A stretch of DNA of 64,000 nucleotides, from positions 5,007 to 69,006 of IMG/VR virus record IMGVR_UViG_3300043409_000868. One strand, given 5' to 3'. Origin of the DNA: a virus. Position numbers and translations under genes: made by a program. The notes below the pieces were generated by a model. The model made no database searches. It saw only the letters and a program-made list of their open reading frames with translations, and was not told where the DNA came from. This document shows, piece after piece, positions 57,103 to 64,000 of this stretch. Within the stretch, counting starts at the first letter, position 1. Every line of letters starts with the position of its first letter.

Positions 57103-58518
57103 ATGCCAGCTATTTCATTTCCACAAGCACTAGCTCTTGCTAAAGGTGCTAATTATAATTTTCCAGGTAAATTTCCTGGCATTAATTTAGCTACATTGCT
57201 GAGTACTGCAACACCCATTAGACTAAATCAACCATCGTTTGTACTTAGTAACTCTGCACCTAATGCATTAAATTCTGCGGCTGTTTTATACACCCTTGCT
57301 TCTAGCACTACTGTTAATGATTCAAAATTAGTATATAAAACTGGTGGTAATTTAGTAGATACTGCTATGAAATGGACTAATGGAAAAAACTTGGGAAATT
57401 GGTATGAAATCCAAAGACATGCTGGTACTCCAACTGGTGGAACAGTATCTTCTGATGGTACAAAGTTAAAAATAACTTGTGGACCTGGTTTATCTAGTGT
57501 GACTCGTAGTCTAATACATGATACTCTTTATGATAGAAATGGAGTTTTAATAAATCCTTCTTCATCAAGCACAGTAATAGGATGGTTATATTTTTCAGAT
57601 AAAGCAAATGCTACTATGTACTATAAAGGTTATGTAGAAAAAAATGATTTTCTTGCTGAAAATGGAACTATAGATTCAGCTAAAACACGACAAAAAACTT
57701 TTTTTGTTGGTTATACATATAATCACCTTTTTGAAATAATAGATCCAACTTTAAACATATTAGTAGGTTCGCAGCATGGTTTTGGTTTTATTCCAGTTCA
57801 AGCTATAGGTGGACAAAATTATACATGGTACGCTGTTGTAAAAGCTAATAACGCTTTAACTGACACTGTTGAATATCTATATAGCTTTAATACAAATCTT
57901 TCGGCTTTTTCTTCACAAAAATTAAAAGTTAATTTTACTGATGGAGTAGTTACTTTTTATGCTAATGATATGGTAACTCCTGTTGCTACAGTAACTGTAG
58001 CTGATATACCTAACATTTTCATAGTAAACTCAGCTAACGCTATGTATGCTGGTGTATTATCACAAAAAGGTGGAGATATTTCAGGAACACATATAGCTGG
58101 AGTTGGTTCTATATATGTAGAAGAAGCAGCTTCTTGGAGACAATTACCAGCTGGTGGTAAGGGTGGTTTAATTGCTACTTTAAGTCTTGCAACTAATGTT
58201 GTTACTTTAACTACTGGTACTACAACTGGACTTAGTGTTGGTATGCGCTTAGAAAAAACAAGTACTGGAGGTGGTGCTTTTAATGCTCTTACAAGCACAA
58301 CAGGAGTATTTATTGGAGCAATTACTAACTCAACAACTTTTACTGTTGTTAATAGTATTTACACTACAGCAGCTAACCATGCTACTGCTGGTTCCATTAC
58401 ATTTGATGCTGGTTTACTTTTTGGTGCTAATAATTATGAAGATACAAATACTGAAATTACCTCTTCAGATACTCAATATCACAATACTGGTATCCAAATC
58501 CTTAAAAAATTAAAGTGA
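57103..58518 (+). CDS. Virion structural protein, paralog 1
   Basis: N-terminus ISFPQALALAKGAN, C-terminus YHNTGIQILKKLK. Confidence 0.7.
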   Translation: MPAISFPQALALAKGANYNFPGKFPGINLATLLSTATPIRLNQPSFVLSNSAPNALNSAAVLYTLASSTTVNDSKLVYKTGGNLVDTAMKWTNGKNLGNWYEIQRHAGTPTGGTVSSDGTKLKITCGPGLSSVTRSLIHDTLYDRNGVLINPSSSSTVIGWLYFSDKANATMYYKGYVEKNDFLAENGTIDSAKTRQKTFFVGYTYNHLFEIIDPTLNILVGSQHGFGFIPVQAIGGQNYTWYAVVKANNALTDTVEYLYSFNTNLSAFSSQKLKVNFTDGVVTFYANDMVTPVATVTVADIPNIFIVNSANAMYAGVLSQKGGDISGTHIAGVGSIYVEEAASWRQLPAGGKGGLIATLSLATNVVTLTTGTTTGLSVGMRLEKTSTGGGAFNALTSTTGVFIGAITNSTTFTVVNSIYTTAANHATAGSITFDAGLLFGANNYEDTNTEITSSDTQYHNTGIQILKKLK

Positions 58519-58525
58519 GGTAATT

Positions 58526-59698
58526 ATGCAAGTATCCTATCCCCAATTACTAGCTCTTGCTAGGGGTGCTAATTTTTTTTATAACTTCCTTCCTAATAGG
58601 GGAATTAAGTATAGTACATTAACAGCTTCTAGTGGTTTTCGTTTTAAAGATCGACCATATAATGGAGCTGCACTTGATCCAGATTATGCTATTGGTTTAG
58701 CATCTTCAGGTACAATAGTTTATAATAAAAGTACTAGCACTGATTTATTAAACTCACAATTAATTTATAAATATGGCGGTAACTTAAGTGATACATCTAA
58801 TTTTTCGTTAGGAATGAAATCAACTACAACTACATATGTTCCAGGAACTACCAATGCAATTATTAAAATAGGTGATTGGTTACTTGTTCAAGCTACAGCT
58901 AGTGCGCCAAGAGAAACTGGATTATTTAAACTTACAAATAAATTTGTTACTTTATCAACCAATTCTACAATGACCGTTAGCAGTAGAATTATGTTAACGT
59001 CAGCTTGGAAAGATTATAGTAATACTACTACTAATTATACATACCAATCTAGTGTTCAAGGAAATATAGCTACAAGTACAAGTAATACATATGATTTAAC
59101 TTTTACTGGTTTTTTAAATCCATTAGAAGGTAATAATACGTATTCGGATTGTAGATTTATAGTTGGTTATTTTAGGGAACATGGTCCTCAAATTGTAAAT
59201 GTTTTATATAATCCATCAGGAAGTGGCATTATGGCAAGATTATCAGGAAATATGATTGGATTTCATCCATTCTATGTAAGCGGACAATGGACTTGGTATG
59301 CAATTATAATAGGTCTTAGATCTAGTACTGGTCTTAAAGACGTTTTTCTCTCTACAACAACAGGTTTAAATGCCCATGTTAGTCAACAGCTTAGAGTAGT
59401 TTGGGCTGGAACTACAATTACATGGTATGCTAATGGAACTAGTATAGCATCTATAGATTATTCTTCTATTGCTGATTTTGAATTAGATGAAGTAGCATTA
59501 AATGCTGGTTGCGCCCTTAGAGAACAAAGATCTACTAGTGATTCTTTACCTAATAATGTACCTACTTTTCCATGTACAATGACGGTAGAAAAGTTAGTTT
59601 TACTTCCAAATCCATATATCTCAACAGCAACAACTTTAGATGACAAAGAAATTAGTTATCACAATACGGGTCTTATCTTATTAAAAAAATTAAAGTGA
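58526..59698 (+). CDS. Virion structural protein, paralog 2
   Basis: N-terminus VSYPQLLALARGAN, C-terminus YHNTGLILLKKLK. Confidence 0.7.
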   Translation: MQVSYPQLLALARGANFFYNFLPNRGIKYSTLTASSGFRFKDRPYNGAALDPDYAIGLASSGTIVYNKSTSTDLLNSQLIYKYGGNLSDTSNFSLGMKSTTTTYVPGTTNAIIKIGDWLLVQATASAPRETGLFKLTNKFVTLSTNSTMTVSSRIMLTSAWKDYSNTTTNYTYQSSVQGNIATSTSNTYDLTFTGFLNPLEGNNTYSDCRFIVGYFREHGPQIVNVLYNPSGSGIMARLSGNMIGFHPFYVSGQWTWYAIIIGLRSSTGLKDVFLSTTTGLNAHVSQQLRVVWAGTTITWYANGTSIASIDYSSIADFELDEVALNAGCALREQRSTSDSLPNNVPTFPCTMTVEKLVLLPNPYISTATTLDDKEISYHNTGLILLKKLK

Positions 59699-59706
59699 GG
59701 TAAAAA

Positions 59707-60135
59707 ATGGCATTAACAACAATTCAACAAGCTTATGCTTTAGCTTATGGAGTATACGTAGAATTTGATAATTCTCCGTTAAAGAATAGAGGCACCTTAT
59801 CAAGTTCTGGTATAGTAACTAGAGCTGCATCTTTAAAAACAAATAGATTAGATGCGTTTTTAGTATCTGCAAGAAATACAGCTGTTTTAAATTTAAACGT
59901 TATTACATATGTTAATAAAGATACAGGAGCTAGTAGTACTATACTAGCTAATGCAGATAATCCAGATGATAATACATATACTTTAGTTACATCAACCACC
60001 GATCAAAATTCTAATAGTATTTTTGATTACATAGAAGGTAGTTGTTCTATAGATTCTACTAATGGTGTCTTATCGACATTTGAAGCAAATTTACATAAAA
60101 CTGGTAAATTAATTTTTAACAAACTTAAGAAATGA
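59707..60135 (+). CDS. Virion structural protein, paralog 3 (short)
   Basis: N-terminus TIQQAYALAYG, C-terminus LHKTGKLIFNKLKK. Confidence 0.65.
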   Translation: MALTTIQQAYALAYGVYVEFDNSPLKNRGTLSSSGIVTRAASLKTNRLDAFLVSARNTAVLNLNVITYVNKDTGASSTILANADNPDDNTYTLVTSTTDQNSNSIFDYIEGSCSIDSTNGVLSTFEANLHKTGKLIFNKLKK

Positions 60136-60143
60136 GATAAACA

Positions 60144-60311
60144 ATGAGCAGATTACAACAAATGATGGGTGGTATGGGTGGTATGCCAACAGGCATGGGT
60201 CCTGGATCAATGGAATCACAAATGGGGGGGCAAATGCCTCAAGAACAACCAATGCCTAAAAAGAAAGCCCCAGTTAAGAAGAAGGCTGGAAAGAAGATGA
60301 AGAAGAAATGA
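60144..60311 (+). CDS. Small Met/Gly-rich protein with Lys-rich tail
   Basis: MSRLQQMMGGMGGMP...KKKAPVKKKAGKKMKKK. Confidence 0.55.
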   Translation: MSRLQQMMGGMGGMPTGMGPGSMESQMGGQMPQEQPMPKKKAPVKKKAGKKMKKK

Positions 60312-60455
60312 ATAATAAACACACAAAAACAGATTTAGATTATGTCAAGAATCGTACTGGACCTAAGCCAGATACAAAAAAACCAAACCCAAATTTACCT
60401 AAGAAAACTAAGACTCGTTCACGATAACGAATAATCTTAAAGGAGAGTTATATAA

Positions 60456-61382
60456 ATGCCAGAAATTAATAATGCTGAACAATCTCAACCTGTAGGGACT
60501 CAGCCAGATTTAGCAACACCAATTCAAACAGAAGATCCAGTTACAACACACGAACGTGCAATGTTCATGAAGTACGTTCAAGATCAGGGACAAAAGATCC
60601 CTAGTAACTTCAAATCATCTGATGCTTGGTTCAATAGCCTTCTTGAAGCCCGTAAAGGATTCACTCAGGCTAAACAGGAAAATGCATCATTAAAAAAACA
60701 ATACAATCAAAATGGGGTGATCAATCCTGATTATAAGGACTCACCCCCCGTTGCTCAGGCAGTACCTGAGGTAGTAGAGGATTTATCAGGCATTCCTGAA
60801 GATCTAAAAATAGTTGCATCTACAATTCCACAATCAGTCTCTAATAAGATTAGCGCAGAAGATTGGGTCCGCTGGGGTAAAGAAATTGACTCAGCAGATT
60901 CCGTAAGTGACGCTACTCGAAAAGAAATTAGAGAGAAAATGGGTGCAGATGAAATTATTATTGAGCAGTTAATTAGAGGTAGAAAAGCTTTAGCAAAGCA
61001 ATCATGGGACGATGCGGCTTCGGTTGTCGGAGGCAATGACAATCTAAAGCGCATGTTCAAGTGGGCACAGGACAACCTGACTGCTGAAGAAGTTTCTGCT
61101 ACTAATCGCGCTCTACAGACAAATGCTTATAAGAATATTCTCCTAGGACTTAAGGCACGCTACGAGCAACAAAACCCACCAAAGGCCCCTTCACAGGAAC
61201 CTAGACCAATGGACAATCGGGTTAATCAATCTCAGGTTCCACAATCCGTACAGGTGTTTAATAGTTTTGCTGAACAACAAGCTGCTTTACGAGATCCACG
61301 ATTTCGGGTAGACTCTGCATATAGAAATGCAGTAGAAGCAATGACAATTAATACATCTCGGTACGGTTTTAGAAATCGTTAA
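60456..61382 (+). CDS. Capsid scaffolding protein (T7 gp9-like)
   Basis: VGG......WA..NL and DPRF..D.AYR..VE, located upstream of the MCP. Confidence 0.9.
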   Translation: MPEINNAEQSQPVGTQPDLATPIQTEDPVTTHERAMFMKYVQDQGQKIPSNFKSSDAWFNSLLEARKGFTQAKQENASLKKQYNQNGVINPDYKDSPPVAQAVPEVVEDLSGIPEDLKIVASTIPQSVSNKISAEDWVRWGKEIDSADSVSDATRKEIREKMGADEIIIEQLIRGRKALAKQSWDDAASVVGGNDNLKRMFKWAQDNLTAEEVSATNRALQTNAYKNILLGLKARYEQQNPPKAPSQEPRPMDNRVNQSQVPQSVQVFNSFAEQQAALRDPRFRVDSAYRNAVEAMTINTSRYGFRNR

Positions 61383-61489
61383 CTCTGTATAATCTTAGTA
61401 ACAAATACTAGGACACAGAACAATTAAGGTTTTCTCCTTTGTTTTATAATTTTTAAATAACAATAGTTTCTTTATAAGGAGAAACAAAT

Positions 61490-62815
61490 ATGCCAGAAAA
61501 TTTATCAGCAGGACAACTTTACCCCGCACCTTCGCAAACCTACGGTTGGATTGGTGGCGGTGCGGCAGCAAATACTACCTCAGTAACTCCAGGAGCAACT
61601 GGAAACGATCAATATTGGCTTCCAGTATGGTCTGGCGAAGTTCTCAATGCTTACGATCAATACAATATTTTTGAACCTATGGTAACTACACAAACCATTG
61701 AATCAGGCACCACTAAACGATTTCCTGTTACTGGAACCGTTGGTCATAAGGGTGTTTGGAAAGCTGGTGAAGAACTTTTAGGAGATTCTACTGCAACAGC
61801 GGCTGGTTTCTTTGACATCTCACTAGATCAGCGTCCAATGGCATCATTCTTTGAATTAGACGACATTTCCCTTATGATTACTCAATGGGATTATCGTTCA
61901 GAACTAGCCCGTCAAGCTGGTTTACAACTTAGTTATATTCGTGATAAGCAAATTGCTTCCATGATTGCATTAGGTTCTGTAACTGCTGCTCGTAATCCAT
62001 TTTCATCTAGTTATCAGGGTATGTGTGTAGATGAAACTATTCTCCCAGCAGCTAATGCTTTTAACATGTTAGGTTTAAGAGGAGCTAGTGCAACTGAACG
62101 AGCTGATGCTGCGCTTCTTCTTCTTGATTATTTAGAGCGTTATATGGTTCGTCTTTCTGAAATTGACGCTACCCTTACTGGTGTATACTGTGCAGTGACT
62201 CCACAGGCTTTCCATGACATCCGTGCTCTTGGTATTGCCCGTGACTCTACTGGCCTTGTAGGTGGTGCTGGTCGCCCATTCTTTGGCGGCGTAGCAGAAG
62301 CTGGTGGACTTGGTAGTCCACTAAGTAAGAGTATGTTTAATCTCCCAGATACTCTTGAGTATATGGGTGTTAAGATTGTAAAATCTAACCATCTTCAGCA
62401 ACTTGATCATCAACGAGTAATTAGTGATGACGGTACTGGTGGTGCTAATACTCCACAAGGAGCTGTATCCGCTACTACTGGTAGAATAGCTGGAGGAATT
62501 AACGTTGGCCTAACTAAAGATTTAGGTGACGCTAAGTATAACTTTAACTGGTATGATGGCACTAATACTGTTTCATCTGTATCTCCAGTTACTGGTGCTG
62601 GCCTTGCTGTACAGGGTGCTACTCTAAAACCAGTTAAGGCTCTTATTTGGCAACAGTCAGCTATTTGTTCCCTACGTTTACAAGGTATGAAGGTTGAGAC
62701 AGTCAAAGATGTCCGTAGAGGCACATTCTTTACTGTTGCTAGCATCATGGGTGGTGCTGGTGTCCTTCGTCCAGAACTTTGCGCTACAATCAGAGGTAGT
62801 TACCCAGCAGCTTAA
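61490..62815 (+). CDS. Major capsid protein (T7 gp10-like)
   Basis: VWSGEVLNAY, SGTTKRFP, G.GVLRPE. Confidence 0.95.
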   Translation: MPENLSAGQLYPAPSQTYGWIGGGAAANTTSVTPGATGNDQYWLPVWSGEVLNAYDQYNIFEPMVTTQTIESGTTKRFPVTGTVGHKGVWKAGEELLGDSTATAAGFFDISLDQRPMASFFELDDISLMITQWDYRSELARQAGLQLSYIRDKQIASMIALGSVTAARNPFSSSYQGMCVDETILPAANAFNMLGLRGASATERADAALLLLDYLERYMVRLSEIDATLTGVYCAVTPQAFHDIRALGIARDSTGLVGGAGRPFFGGVAEAGGLGSPLSKSMFNLPDTLEYMGVKIVKSNHLQQLDHQRVISDDGTGGANTPQGAVSATTGRIAGGINVGLTKDLGDAKYNFNWYDGTNTVSSVSPVTGAGLAVQGATLKPVKALIWQQSAICSLRLQGMKVETVKDVRRGTFFTVASIMGGAGVLRPELCATIRGSYPAA

Positions 62816-62834
62816 TAGTAATTAATCATTAACC

Positions 62835-62870
62835 ACCTAGGGGGTCGAAAGGCCCCCTAGGTATTTTTTT
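62835..62870 (+). terminator. Tphi-like terminator after the MCP
   Basis: ACCTAGGGGGTC-GAAA-GGCCCCCTAGGT followed by a T-tract. Confidence 0.9.
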
Positions 62871-62883
62871 CTCAGGAGACTTT

Positions 62884-63054
62884 ATGCCACTAAAACCATT
62901 TAATCCAATTTCCCCACACCAAAGAGGCTTAGGAGATACAGTAGCTAAAGTTGCTAGTGCATTAAACATTAAACCAACCAAAGATTGTGGTTGTGAAAAA
63001 CGTCAAGAGTTGTTAAATAAATTGGTTCCATATCCAAAGAAAGGAGCTAGATAA
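62884..63054 (+). CDS. Small protein (GLGDTVAK...CGC..RQE.LN family)
   Basis: AGGAG SD, 56 aa, coupled to tail tubular A. Confidence 0.7.
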   Translation: MPLKPFNPISPHQRGLGDTVAKVASALNIKPTKDCGCEKRQELLNKLVPYPKKGAR

Positions 63055-63728
63055 TGGGTTTATATAGTTACACAGATGCTATAAATCATATGTTGTTATC
63101 GTCAGGTGAACATTTGATTGTAGATCTAGATCAGGACGCTGGTGTTGATACCAGTGTTGCTCAGTTCATTCTTAAACAGACCATTAAAGCTGCTATGATG
63201 AGAGGCGTAGCTAATAATAGATTTGTAAATACCTATACGCTAGAAGCTAACGGTACTATTCTTTTGCCATCTACTGCTTGTTATGCTCAAGTTATTGAAC
63301 CATTGTTTGATCCAACGACGGGGGAGGTGATCCAAACAACTATTAAGTCCAATCCAACAAGGTTATTCAATATCACCAAGCAGACTGATGTTTTTTCTAC
63401 CTACACTAGTGGTCTTAAAATTGAAGTAATTGTTATGTTAGGCATTGAAGGCAATAGTCCACCATATGGTTGGAATGATATTGACTCTGCCCTACAACGT
63501 GGTATTATGGAGTCAGCAGCCAGAGAATATCAAATGATTACCCAAGGTGATCTAGATATCGATAAACGTATGGCTATGCGAGAAAGCTACCATTACTCTA
63601 GAGGACGTGCTGCTGATATGCAAAAAAAGAATAGATCAATTTTCCTAGGGGATATAGGAACTAGAACAGCAGTTGATAGGCGTGGTATACTAAGTAACGA
63701 TGCCTACTTTACAAGAACGAGGTTTTAA
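63054..63728 (+). CDS. Tail tubular protein A (T7 gp11-like)
   Basis: DAINHMLLSSGE N-terminus, located after the MCP. Confidence 0.85.
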   Translation: MGLYSYTDAINHMLLSSGEHLIVDLDQDAGVDTSVAQFILKQTIKAAMMRGVANNRFVNTYTLEANGTILLPSTACYAQVIEPLFDPTTGEVIQTTIKSNPTRLFNITKQTDVFSTYTSGLKIEVIVMLGIEGNSPPYGWNDIDSALQRGIMESAAREYQMITQGDLDIDKRMAMRESYHYSRGRAADMQKKNRSIFLGDIGTRTAVDRRGILSNDAYFTRTRF

Positions 63729-64000
63729 TGACACTTGCAAGACTCTCAATTAATTCATTAAGCGGAGGAGTAGGTAGACAAGCTCCAACAAAAAGATTAG
63801 TAACTGAATCAGAAAACATTGATAATTGTTTAGTTACTATTGAGAAGTCTGCCGAAAAAAGAGCACCACTAAGTTATGTTGCTTCGGGTGCAAGTACTAC
63901 CTATTTAGATGTACTCAATCTCAATCCAAGTACAACATTTGCTCCGTCTGGAGCAGCAACTAACTTTAATACAGATAATTTATATTTTCATTGGTTAGAT
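63728..64000 (+). CDS. Tail tubular protein B (T7 gp12-like), 5' part
   Basis: MTLARLSINSLSGGVGRQ resembles the T7 gp12 start (SIKNLKGGISQQ). Truncated by the window end. Confidence 0.85.
   Translation, partial: MTLARLSINSLSGGVGRQAPTKRLVTESENIDNCLVTIEKSAEKRAPLSYVASGASTTYLDVLNLNPSTTFAPSGAATNFNTDNLYFHWLD

Noticed and set aside
1-64000. Stop-codon reassignment, integrase/lysogeny module, introns or inteins
   Set aside because: Genes are intact in code 11, there is no suppressor tRNA or recombinase motif, and core enzymes have normal lengths.

Overview
This window is most of a large, AT-rich, T7-like (Autographiviridae-related) podophage genome. It appears circularly permuted and every confident gene is on the + strand. 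It contains the T7-like core: terminase, portal, scaffold, major capsid, tail tubular A/B, primase-helicase, family A DNA polymerase, exonuclease, SSB and an ~810 aa single-subunit RNA polymerase. It also carries ThyX, class II RNR, RusA, a dNMP kinase and four tRNAs. Main finding: up to THREE T7/N4-type single-subunit RNA polymerases. These are (i) the canonical one (33.5-35.9 kb), (ii) a minimal 607 aa RNAP with all catalytic motifs in a GC-rich early island (25.1-26.9 kb), and (iii) an RNAP-like module in a 3999 aa putative virion protein that also has a DEDDy exonuclease and a zincin motif. A 5-copy palindrome, CGTCCCC-N3/4-GGGGACC, is a candidate phage or N4-like hairpin promoter. One copy precedes an ~850 nt non-coding array holding a textbook pistol ribozyme, a hatchet-like fold and repeated covarying pseudoknots. 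The tRNAs (including the rare Ile-UAU), the GC-rich early versus AT-rich late genes, and a cohesin/dockerin-like gene suggest a GC-rich host, possibly Planctomycetota (Phycisphaerae). All calls come from motif recognition by eye; no searches were run.
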